A DNA stretch of 64,000 nt, from the NCBI GenBank assembly GCA_965116495.1, contig OZ220696.1, positions 2,048,001 to 2,112,000 of the forward strand. Direction: 5' to 3'. How positions within the stretch are numbered: the stretch's first letter is position 1; each line of letters starts with the position of its first letter. The position numbers and the translations under genes were made by a program. Positions 27,979 through 36,798 of the stretch are shown here, one piece after another. The notes below the pieces were generated by a model, which worked only from the letters and a program-made list of their open reading frames with translations, made no database searches and had not been told where the DNA came from. Origin of the DNA: Gammaproteobacteria bacterium. Lineage in GTDB: Bacteria; Pseudomonadota; Gammaproteobacteria; Eutrophobiales; Eutrophobiaceae.

Positions 27979-29505
27979 TCATAAACCCGATTCTTCTTTC
28001 AAACTTACATCCCCACTCATCAATTTTGGCAACAATGCGTCACGCAGGTTTTCAAGTATCTGAATTTGGGATTGATTTGAAATCATTTTTTCAAATAATG
28101 GAGTTACTTCAATTTCAAATTCCTGAATAACATTTTCTTGCGGTAACTTTACCGAATGTTCTTTAAAGGTGTCAGTCGTAATTGTATCAAAAACACTACC
28201 ATAGGCAGCTGACTGCAACCCATCAATTGAATGATCAACAAGCAAATAAGTAAAAAAATAAGAAGCTCCGAATTTTGGCTTTATCCCGTAATTTGATTGG
28301 CTGAATGCCATAGGCCCTGACACGATACCGTACTTTCCTACAGTGCCTCTTGCTGAAATGATAGTGGAATGTTTGGGGATTAATTTTGCTGAACTGTTTT
28401 TCAATCCCTCTACACTGATGGATTTTTCAGCAGAGGGGATTATGCCTTTGTGATTCACTGCAACGTCTTTGCCGGACACCCAGCCAACTTCCCCACCCCA
28501 ATACTCTGGAACAGACGTGCTTGGCGTGCCTCCTCCAACTAATTCAATGACATCATAAAGACTGAACACATCCCACTTTTCATTTTTATCTTCCGCAAAC
28601 CACTTTCTGAACAATGCCTGTGCCATGGCTTCCAGGGTTCTGTTCTGGCGGTGGAGCAGGTCTATTTTGTCGTCGAGGCTGGACAGGACTTCGGCGATGG
28701 CTTTTTGTTCGGGGAGTGGTGGCAGGAGAAATTGATATTCTTTAATTGCCGTAGGTGATGTATGTTTTATTGATGTTCCGCTAGCTGCGCCTACTACAAA
28801 CCAATGATAATCAGTGGTTCTTAATAACCAATAAATAAAATCCTGGTTTACAGTGCCTAATTCAAATTGCAATAATCCTATTCGTTGATTATGTAAGTAT
28901 GTTTTTCCAGTTTTGCTTTGGGGTACTTTTGCGGAGTAGCCAAGAGTATCCCCGTTTTTGCTCAGATCAGTCATCGTCACTATGACGTCATCTGCCTTCA
29001 AAATGTAATTTTGCGGAACTTGTCCGGTGAAATATTTTAGTTTCGATGACTTAAAACCACCACCTATTTTGAAATTGCCAGGAGTAACTAAAATTTTGTC
29101 ATTTTCTTGATCAGTAATAAATTGTCCTTTAAACGCATATCCATGTTTGACCTCTATCAAATCCCCCAACCTCACCTCCCTCCATCCCTCCGGCTGCCTC
29201 ATCTCCTCCTGCACCACCACATACTTCTCCCTGATCTTCTCCCTGAAACTCTCCGGTATGGCTTCCCAGTCCATAACGTCCACTGAGATCAGCAAATCAC
29301 TTTCTTCCAGATCTTCCTTGAGGTCATAAATCTCCATTGGAGTACAGTCGAATACGGCCAGGTCCAGGTCGGAGGTTTCTCTGGCTTTCCAGGTGACGCG
29401 GGAGCCGTAGGCCCAGACGGTTTTGTTAGGGATATGTTGTTTGAGAATGGCGTGGAGCAGGTCGAGTTGTTCCTGGTCCAGATCTATGAGTTTCTCTTTA
29501 CTCAT
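27979..29505 (-). CDS. hsdS: Type I R-M specificity subunit with N-terminal minimal nucleotidyltransferase (MNT) domain
   Basis: GS-x10-DLD motif in the first ~100 aa, then two TRDs and the conserved PPLPEQKAIA and LRDALLPKLMSG segments. Confidence 0.9.
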   Translation of the reverse strand: MSKEKLIDLDQEQLDLLHAILKQHIPNKTVWAYGSRVTWKARETSDLDLAVFDCTPMEIYDLKEDLEESDLLISVDVMDWEAIPESFREKIREKYVVVQEEMRQPEGWREVRLGDLIEVKHGYAFKGQFITDQENDKILVTPGNFKIGGGFKSSKLKYFTGQVPQNYILKADDVIVTMTDLSKNGDTLGYSAKVPQSKTGKTYLHNQRIGLLQFELGTVNQDFIYWLLRTTDYHWFVVGAASGTSIKHTSPTAIKEYQFLLPPLPEQKAIAEVLSSLDDKIDLLHRQNRTLEAMAQALFRKWFAEDKNEKWDVFSLYDVIELVGGGTPSTSVPEYWGGEVGWVSGKDVAVNHKGIIPSAEKSISVEGLKNSSAKLIPKHSTIISARGTVGKYGIVSGPMAFSQSNYGIKPKFGASYFFTYLLVDHSIDGLQSAAYGSVFDTITTDTFKEHSVKLPQENVIQEFEIEVTPLFEKMISNQSQIQILENLRDALLPKLMSGDVSLKEESGL

Positions 29506-29924
29506 TCTTCGTTGAGCATGGTTTCATAGATTTCTTCGGTATCCCGGATGAAACCTCCTACTTTGTCCAAGGCGGCTATGGCCTTTTCCATGCTGTAATC
29601 GTGAGCTGCGTCATTCCTGATCTTATTGTACTGAACCAGTCGCTTATGCACGTCTTTTTCGAAAAGCAAGTCTTCAAAAGCAGCACGGAAAATTGGGATT
29701 GGTGAGTTTCTCAGTTCAACCTTGCCATTTTCATCTTGCAGGTATTTCTTTATTTGCTTCCACAAGGCGTCATAGCAAATCTCGAAGCATTTAATGACGG
29801 AATTTTTCACGGCTCTCTGGTTGACTTCAGATAAGCCTTGCTCATCCAAGGTTGAATAACTTCCGTACTGTTCCTTTAGCTCATTGAGCGATTTCTCCAG
29901 TTTTTCGTAATTGATCCCGGTCAT
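29502..29924 (-). CDS. HEPN-domain protein (HI0074/HepT-like)
   Basis: IKCFEICY and RNDAAHDY (R-x4-H-x-Y); ATGA overlaps with both hsdM and hsdS. Confidence 0.87.
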   Translation of the reverse strand: MTGINYEKLEKSLNELKEQYGSYSTLDEQGLSEVNQRAVKNSVIKCFEICYDALWKQIKKYLQDENGKVELRNSPIPIFRAAFEDLLFEKDVHKRLVQYNKIRNDAAHDYSMEKAIAALDKVGGFIRDTEEIYETMLNEE

Positions 29925-31462
29925 GATGTTTCCTCCCATTGCACCTTCTCCAGGTTCTGCAAAATTCTCTTGTTCAACCGTTCTTCTTCAACAAGCTGTG
30001 TCTCGAGCTCCGTCTTCAACTCCTTAAACCTCGCCCCAAAGTCAAAATCATCTTCCTCCTCGGGCAAGCCGACGTAACGGCCGGGGCTCAGCACATAGTC
30101 CAGTTCCCGGATTTTCTCTATGGGTGTTGCGTGGCAGAAACCGGCGACGTCCTGGTAGTTGCCGTCCTTATTGCGCCACTGGTGGTAGGTGTCCGCAATT
30201 TTTCCTGTATCTTCAGCGGAAAATACCCGGGTGCGGCGGTTGATTAAATGCCCCAGGTCGCCGGCGTCTATGAACAGGATTTCACCGGCACGGTTGCGTT
30301 CGCCGTTATAGCCTTGCCGTTTGCCGGAGATGAACCACAGGCAGGCGGGTATCTGCGTATTGAGGAACAGTTTTGCCGGCAGGTTAACGATACAGTCCAC
30401 CAAACCGGCCTCTACGATGTTTTTGCGGATGACGTCCTCGTTGGAGGATTTGGAAGTGAGCGATCCTTTTGACAGCACGAAACCGGCCACGCCGCGGGGC
30501 GCCAGGTGGTGGATGAAGTGCTGCACCCAGGCAAAGTTGGCATTGCCTGGGGGTGGTGTGCCGTATCTCCAGCGACCATCGCCTGTTAGTTGCCGGCCGC
30601 TCCAGTCGCTGTCGTTGAATGGCGGATTGGCGAGGATGAAGTCTGCCTTGAGGTCGGGATGGACATCGTGCAGGAATGAGCCTTCCTTGTTCCACTTGAC
30701 CTGGGAGCCGTCTATATTGCGGATAGCCAAATTCATGCGGCACAGGCGGTAGGTGGTTTCATTGCTTTCCTGGCCGTAGATGGAAATGTCGTCGATTTTT
30801 CCCTGGTGGTTTTCCACGAATTTCTCGCTCATCACGAACATGCCGCCGCTGCCGCAGCAGGGGTCGAACACCCTGCCTGAGTAGGGTTCTATCATTTCCA
30901 CCAGCAGTTTCACGATGGAACTCGGGGTGTAGAACTGGCCGCCTTTCTTGCCTTCAGCCAGGGCGAATTCACCCAGGAAATACTCATACACCCTGCCGAG
31001 CACGTCTTTTGACTGTGCGCTTTGCTCAGCCAGGGCGATGTTGCTGATCAGATCGATCAGTTCCCCCAGGCTGGCTGAGGCCACGTTCATCCTGGCGAAT
31101 ACCCTGGGCAGGATGCCTTTCAGGGTTTGATTGTCCTTTTCTATCAGTTCCATCGCTTTATCCAGGATTTGACCGACGCTGGGTTGTTTCGCCTGTGCGC
31201 AGATGCGATTCCACCTGGCCTCCGGCGGTACCCAGAAAATGTTTTCTCCGACGTACTCGTCCGGGTCTTCCGGGTCGGCGAACTCGATGTTTGACAGTTC
31301 CTCGTAGCGGGTGAGGAATGAGTCCGAGATGTATTTGAGGAAGATCAGGCCGAGGACGATGTGTTTGTACTGGGCCGCGTCGATGTTTTTGCGCAGTTTA
31401 TCCGCGGTTTTGAACAGTTGGGCTTCCAGTCTTTCTGGTCCGGTGGAGTGGTTCTTTGCCAT
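29921..31462 (-). CDS. hsdM: Type I R-M m6A methyltransferase
   Basis: GQFYTP, DPCCGSGG and NPPF motifs. Confidence 0.96.
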   Translation of the reverse strand: MAKNHSTGPERLEAQLFKTADKLRKNIDAAQYKHIVLGLIFLKYISDSFLTRYEELSNIEFADPEDPDEYVGENIFWVPPEARWNRICAQAKQPSVGQILDKAMELIEKDNQTLKGILPRVFARMNVASASLGELIDLISNIALAEQSAQSKDVLGRVYEYFLGEFALAEGKKGGQFYTPSSIVKLLVEMIEPYSGRVFDPCCGSGGMFVMSEKFVENHQGKIDDISIYGQESNETTYRLCRMNLAIRNIDGSQVKWNKEGSFLHDVHPDLKADFILANPPFNDSDWSGRQLTGDGRWRYGTPPPGNANFAWVQHFIHHLAPRGVAGFVLSKGSLTSKSSNEDVIRKNIVEAGLVDCIVNLPAKLFLNTQIPACLWFISGKRQGYNGERNRAGEILFIDAGDLGHLINRRTRVFSAEDTGKIADTYHQWRNKDGNYQDVAGFCHATPIEKIRELDYVLSPGRYVGLPEEEDDFDFGARFKELKTELETQLVEEERLNKRILQNLEKVQWEETS

Positions 31463-31580
31463 GGTGTCAGATTATACTCCTTGTTGGTATAAAGATGGCT
31501 TATCCAGGAGATTCCTGCTTGCGCAGGAATGGTAGTCTCCTTTATGTATTTCTGCTTGGACAGGAATGGTGGTCTACTTA

Positions 31581-34500
31581 TTATGTTGTTCCGGTACTCC
31601 ATTCATCCGCCAGCAGCTCGGTTTGCCGTAGGATGTTCTCTGTAGCCAGCTTTTGCTGGTCGGGCGGATAGCCGTATTCCCGCAACAGGCGTCTCACGGT
31701 TGTCCTGAGTTTCGCCCGTGCGCTTTCTTTGATGGTCCAGTCAATCGATATGTTTTGTTTTACACGTTGCACCAGCACTTGGGCCAGGGAGCGTAAGGTA
31801 TCATCACCCATGACCTCCTTTGCACTCTCGTTGAGTATCAGGCTGTCATAAAACGCGACTTCATCATCCGACAAGCCCATGTCGGCCACTTTATCGTCCG
31901 ACACTTTTATCTCTTTGGCAAGCTGTATCAGTTCCTCAATCACCTGCGCAGTAGTCAGCAGATTGTTCCGGTATTTCCTGATGGCGGCTTCCAGCATCTC
32001 GGAAAACCTTTTGCCTTGGGCAAGATTCTTCCTTCTCCTGGTTCGCAATTCATCGTTCAGGATCTTCTTCAGCAGTTCGAGGGCAAGGTTCTTGCGTTTC
32101 ATGCCCTGGATTTCCTGCAGGAAGTCATCGGAAAGAATAGAGATATCCGGCTTCTTGATGCCGGCGGCCTCAAATATATCGAGCACGCCTTCCACGACGA
32201 CCGCCTTGTCAACAATCTGCCGTATGGCGGTTTCCACCTCGTCCAGGCTTTTGCCGCTGCCTTGCTGTTCAAATTTTTTCAGGCGCGCCTTCACGGCCTG
32301 GAAAAAACCCACCTCGGCCTTGATCGCCATGGCCCTGGGGTCCGGCACGGACAACGCAAACGCTTTTTCCAGCAGGCCGACCTCCCTGGTAAATCGCTCC
32401 TTGCCGTTTTCCAGACCAAGAACGTGCTCCTCAGCTTCCAGGATAAGGCCCAGCTTTACCTGTGTGTCGGCAGAAAAATAGGTCTTGTAGGCAAAACGAT
32501 CAAACATGGCCGCGACGACGGCGTGTTTTTCCAGCATTTTTTCCACTGCCTGCTCCTGCTCAAAAGCCGGCGCGCCCCTGCCATTGCTTTGGGTATAGGA
32601 AACCAGGGCTTGTTTCAAATCTGAGGCAATACCGATATAGTCCACAACCCTGCCACCGGGCTTGTCCTTGTACACCCGGTTGACCCGGGCGATGGCCTGC
32701 ATCAGGCTGTGCCCGCGCATGATTTTGTCAAGGTACATCGTTGTCAGGCAGGGTGCGTCAAACCCGGTCAGCCACATGTCCCGCACGATGACGATCTGCA
32801 ATGGGTCGTCGGGGTCCTGAAAACGTTCCCGTAGCGTCTTGCGCTCCGTTTTGCTGGTACTGTGCCGTTGCCACGTCGCGGGGTCGCTTGAAGATGAGGT
32901 CATGATCACCTTCACCTGTCCCTTGCTTTTATCTTCATCGTGCCAATCGGGACGCAAGCCAACTATTTCATCGTACATGGCCACCGCGATCCGGCGGCTG
33001 GTGGCAACGATCATGGCCTTGCCGGCAAACGCCTCCTGCCTGGCATCAAAATGCTTGAGGATATCCGTTACGACCGATTTCACTCGTTCCTCATGCCCTA
33101 TAATCGCTTCCTGCTTGCTCCATTTTACCTTTGCCTTCTCCGTTGCCGTTGCTTCTTCGCTTTCGGTGATACCCTCAACCTCGGCGTCCAGTTCCGCTTT
33201 TTCCTCTTCCTCCAAATGCACTTGCACCAACCGGGATTCGTAATACACCGGCACAGTCGCGCCATCTTCGACGGCTTGTTCTATGTCGTAAACGTCGACG
33301 TAATTGCCGAAGACCGCCGGGGTCGATGCATCTTCCTTTTCAATGGGCGTGCCGGTAAAACCGATGAAAGTCGCTTCGGGGAGGGCATCCCGCAGATACT
33401 TGGCAAAACCATAATTGGTTTTCGCACCGTCCTTGACAAAGTGGGTCCGGGCGCCGAAACCGTACTGGCTGCGGTGCGCTTCATCTGCGATGACAATGAT
33501 GTTGTGTCGGTTGGACAGCAGTTGGAAGTTTTCACTGCCGTCTTCAGGCAGGAACTTCTGGATGGTTGAGAAGACGATACCCCCTCCCGCGGTCTGCAAG
33601 AGTTGTTTCAACTGCGCACGGCTTTCCGCCTGTTTGGGAACCTGCCTGAGCAGTTCCTTCCCCGCGATAAAAGCATCGAATAACTGATCGTCAAGGTCAT
33701 TACGATCGGTAATGACAACGATAGTCGGATTGTTCATCTCCCGGTGTACGACCAGCAGGCCGGCGTAAAATACCATGGACAAGGATTTGCCACTACCCTG
33801 CGTGTGCCAGACTACCCCCGCCTTGCGGTCTCCCCTGGGTTGGCCTTTGACTCCGGGCAGGTTGTATACCCCGGGATCTTCCTCGACGTTCTCTCCGGAT
33901 GAGGCCCTGATAGTGGATTTAACCGCTTCCTTCACCGCGTGATACTGGTGGTATGCCGCTACTTTCTTGATAGTTTCAATACTTATCTGGCCGCTGGCCG
34001 GGTCTTCCTGTTTCACTTTCTCAAAGACGGAAAAGTGGCGAACCAGCTCCAGTAACACGTCCGGTCGCAGCATACCTTTGATCAGCGTCAACAGTTGCGG
34101 CGTCGTGTTGGGATCTTCCTTTTTCCCATCCACGGTCTTCCACGCCATGAACCGGCTCCAGCCGGCAGTCACGGAACCGGCTTTTGCATCCAGGCCGTCT
34201 GAGGCAACCAGCACACCGTTGTAGCAAAACAGGCTGGAGATTGTCTCTTTGTACGTTTGCAATTGGTCAAACGCTTTCCTCGGAGTCGCATTCTCATCGG
34301 CCGGGTTCTTCAATTCGATGACGACCATGGGCAGGCCGTTCACAAACAGGATAATATCCGGGCGTTTTGTCACGCCTGTTCCATGACCGGAAAGAGGTTT
34401 GTTTTCCGTTACGGTAAACTGGTTGCAGACTACGAAATCATTATTAAGCGGGGTCTCAAAATCAATCAAACGCACTTTGACCCCGATTGTTTCACCGTCT

Positions 34501-34793
34501 TTCTGCCGGTCTTCCGTTACACCTTCCCTCAGCATCTCATGGAACAGTTCGTTGCTTGCAACGGGATTCTGACCGGCGAGGGCGAGCGCCCGCCTGCGTG
34601 CCTGCTCTCTGATCTCATTCGGGATGGCCGGATTCAGTTTGTCAATCGCTGCTTGCAGACGTGTGCCCAGGACAACGTCGGAGAAGTCGTGTCTTTCAAA
34701 CTCCTGTGCTTCCGGGGACAGGTATAACCAACCCTGGCGCTCCAGGAGTTCCACGGCTAACTGTTCAACGTCGGACTCGTAGAGGGAGGTCAT
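31581..34793 (-). CDS. hsdR: Type I restriction subunit R
   Basis: RPD...IELK nuclease motif; HTQGSGKS, DEAH, FTGTP and QAIARVNR helicase motifs. Confidence 0.96.
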   Translation of the reverse strand: MTSLYESDVEQLAVELLERQGWLYLSPEAQEFERHDFSDVVLGTRLQAAIDKLNPAIPNEIREQARRRALALAGQNPVASNELFHEMLREGVTEDRQKDGETIGVKVRLIDFETPLNNDFVVCNQFTVTENKPLSGHGTGVTKRPDIILFVNGLPMVVIELKNPADENATPRKAFDQLQTYKETISSLFCYNGVLVASDGLDAKAGSVTAGWSRFMAWKTVDGKKEDPNTTPQLLTLIKGMLRPDVLLELVRHFSVFEKVKQEDPASGQISIETIKKVAAYHQYHAVKEAVKSTIRASSGENVEEDPGVYNLPGVKGQPRGDRKAGVVWHTQGSGKSLSMVFYAGLLVVHREMNNPTIVVITDRNDLDDQLFDAFIAGKELLRQVPKQAESRAQLKQLLQTAGGGIVFSTIQKFLPEDGSENFQLLSNRHNIIVIADEAHRSQYGFGARTHFVKDGAKTNYGFAKYLRDALPEATFIGFTGTPIEKEDASTPAVFGNYVDVYDIEQAVEDGATVPVYYESRLVQVHLEEEEKAELDAEVEGITESEEATATEKAKVKWSKQEAIIGHEERVKSVVTDILKHFDARQEAFAGKAMIVATSRRIAVAMYDEIVGLRPDWHDEDKSKGQVKVIMTSSSSDPATWQRHSTSKTERKTLRERFQDPDDPLQIVIVRDMWLTGFDAPCLTTMYLDKIMRGHSLMQAIARVNRVYKDKPGGRVVDYIGIASDLKQALVSYTQSNGRGAPAFEQEQAVEKMLEKHAVVAAMFDRFAYKTYFSADTQVKLGLILEAEEHVLGLENGKERFTREVGLLEKAFALSVPDPRAMAIKAEVGFFQAVKARLKKFEQQGSGKSLDEVETAIRQIVDKAVVVEGVLDIFEAAGIKKPDISILSDDFLQEIQGMKRKNLALELLKKILNDELRTRRRKNLAQGKRFSEMLEAAIRKYRNNLLTTAQVIEELIQLAKEIKVSDDKVADMGLSDDEVAFYDSLILNESAKEVMGDDTLRSLAQVLVQRVKQNISIDWTIKESARAKLRTTVRRLLREYGYPPDQQKLATENILRQTELLADEWSTGTT

Positions 34794-34885
34794 AGATCGT
34801 TAACTCTTGCTAATGCAGGTTTTGGGGACAGACACATTCTGTCCCCAGCCTGAGTTACATTTTGTCGGGGTGCGCAGTACCCTGA

Positions 34886-36130
34886 TCACGAGGGTTTGGC
34901 CCAGAGAAATTGCAGCGGCAAAGCGTAGAGCTTGTCCCCGAAAGGCATAACCCTGTCGCCGGTGTACAGTAACACACCACCGGCAAACTTCTCACCCAAT
35001 GCTTCCTCGAGCTTGCGCAGCCCTTTGAAGTCGGAATTGACAACTGTGCCGGAAGCCTTCACTTCAACACCTGCCGCGGCGAGCGCGCTGCGTTGTATTA
35101 CAATATCCACTTCGACGCCATAGCGGTCGCGAAAGTGATGGAAAGTATGGCGCTGCTGATGCGCGCTGGCCTGCCGCTTCAGTTCCTGCAACACGAAGGT
35201 CTCGAGAATATGACCGAATAAAGGCCGATTCGCCGACAGCGATACCGCGTTCAGGTTCAACAACGCACAGATAATCCCCGTATCACAGAGATGTATCTTC
35301 GAGGTCTTTACCAGCCGTTTCAAGTGGTTATTATGCCAGGGTGGAATTCTTTCCAGCAAAAACATTTTTTCCAGGAGCGTGAGGTACTTCCCTATTGTCA
35401 ACCTGTTGAGTTGAAAGGAAGAGGCCAGACCATTCACGTTTAACAGTTGCGCGGTTTGCGCCGCCGCCAGTTGCAGCAACCGCGGCAGGGTTTCAAGAGA
35501 TTGAATTTCCATAATTATTGACGCATCGCGCTCAATCAGGGCTTCGATATAGGTCTGGTACCAGTTGGCTCGTCTGGTCGGGGTACGCTGCAAGGCAGCC
35601 GGGTAGCCTCCCGCCACCACGCGCCTGATCACCTGCTCGTCAAACGGCGGTTCCTCACGTATGAAGGAATCCGAGGCAAACAGGAAATCCAGAAATCGGG
35701 GCGCAGTCCGTTCAAGTTCATTCTGTGAGAAAGGATGCAATCTTACTATGTCCATACGACCGGCCAGCGATTCTTTTGTGCGGGTCATTTGCAACAGGTT
35801 CACCGAACCGGTCAGTATGAAACGGCCCGCGGTGCGGTCGTTATCAATGGCCAGTTTGATAGATGGAAACAGTCCGGGCACCAACTGCGCTTCATCCAGG
35901 ATCGTCCGGTCCGGCAAAGATTTTACAAAACCGAGCGGGTCTTCTGTGGCGTAACTGCGCGTGCCATCATCGTCAAAAGTCGAGTATTGGTAACCCTCGG
36001 ACTCCCCTATTGTCTGAGCAAGCGTCGTCTTGCCGCATTGGCGCGGTCCCTGTATCAGAACAGCAGGAGAATCAGCCAGCGCCTCCATCAGGCGCGGTTC
36101 AATATGACGTTGGTAATGATTGTTGTTCAT
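34886..36130 (-). CDS. AAA+ ATPase (AAA_14) with DUF4143 C-terminal domain
   Basis: GPRQCGKTT, ILDEAQ, LTGS, ESLAGR and GGYP motifs; C-terminal EVD...EVK. Confidence 0.9.
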   Translation of the reverse strand: MNNNHYQRHIEPRLMEALADSPAVLIQGPRQCGKTTLAQTIGESEGYQYSTFDDDGTRSYATEDPLGFVKSLPDRTILDEAQLVPGLFPSIKLAIDNDRTAGRFILTGSVNLLQMTRTKESLAGRMDIVRLHPFSQNELERTAPRFLDFLFASDSFIREEPPFDEQVIRRVVAGGYPAALQRTPTRRANWYQTYIEALIERDASIIMEIQSLETLPRLLQLAAAQTAQLLNVNGLASSFQLNRLTIGKYLTLLEKMFLLERIPPWHNNHLKRLVKTSKIHLCDTGIICALLNLNAVSLSANRPLFGHILETFVLQELKRQASAHQQRHTFHHFRDRYGVEVDIVIQRSALAAAGVEVKASGTVVNSDFKGLRKLEEALGEKFAGGVLLYTGDRVMPFGDKLYALPLQFLWAKPS

Positions 36131-36156
36131 AGGGTAAAGTTATTAATCTGTTATGC

Positions 36157-36327
36157 GGCTGATTATCAGTCAACCCCATGGCTGATTGTTACTCTACCTC
36201 ACGGCTGATTGTTAGTAAACCCTATGGCTGATTGTTACTCTACCTGCGGCTAATTGTTACTGCACCCTACGGTTGATTGTCAGTTATAACTGCGACTGAT
36301 TGAAAACTTTACAGGAAAGCTGATTGT
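36157..36327. repeat. Tandem array of ~23-bp units with GGCTGATTGTTA core
   Basis: Units start at 36157, 36180, 36203, 36226, 36248 and 36271; degenerate units at 36294 and 36318. Confidence 0.9.
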
Positions 36328-36338
36328 GGCGGGTATTG

Positions 36339-36347
36339 TGATATAAT
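36339..36347 (+). promoter_or_regulatory. Extended -10 promoter for yajC
   Basis: TG-a-TATAAT 30 bp upstream of the yajC ATG. Confidence 0.55.
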
Positions 36348-36377
36348 GCCGCCTCTGTTTCAGGAAGCACCGGATCA

Positions 36378-36704
36378 ATGACTGACTTCTTCATTAACGA
36401 CGCGTGGGCCCAGGGCGCTGGGCAGGGGGGCGGTGGCTCTTTCCTGTTCATGATGGTCCTGTTTTTTGTCATATTTTATTTCTTTTTAATCCGGCCGCAG
36501 ATGAAGCAGGCCAAGGAACACAAGGCACTGGTCGGCGGTCTGGCCAAAGGGGATGAAGTCGTGACCAACGGCGGTGTGCTGGGAAAGATCAACCAGGTGG
36601 GGGATAATTTCATAGTACTGGAAATTGCGAAGGAGACGGAGATCAAAGTGCAGAAATCGGCCGTTTCCGCGGTACTGCCCAAGGGAACGCTGAAAACACT
36701 CTGA
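36378..36704 (+). CDS. yajC: Preprotein translocase subunit YajC
   Basis: FYFFLIRPQ and KGDEVVTNGG; upstream of secD. Confidence 0.97.
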   Translation: MTDFFINDAWAQGAGQGGGGSFLFMMVLFFVIFYFFLIRPQMKQAKEHKALVGGLAKGDEVVTNGGVLGKINQVGDNFIVLEIAKETEIKVQKSAVSAVLPKGTLKTL

Positions 36705-36751
36705 CCAGGCGTCTTGTTACAGTATTTCAACCGCCTGTGGACTGCCACTTC

Positions 36752-36786
36752 AAATTCCTAATTCCTAATTCTTAATTCCTAATTCC
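36752..36786. repeat. Heptamer (AATTCCT) tandem repeat
   Basis: About five aattcct/aattctt units. Confidence 0.8.
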
Positions 36787-36798
36787 AGTTCGCTGTCT

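Noticed and set aside
36157-36327. CRISPR array
   Set aside because: The period is only ~23 bp, the variable halves resemble each other rather than being unique spacers, and no cas genes are present.
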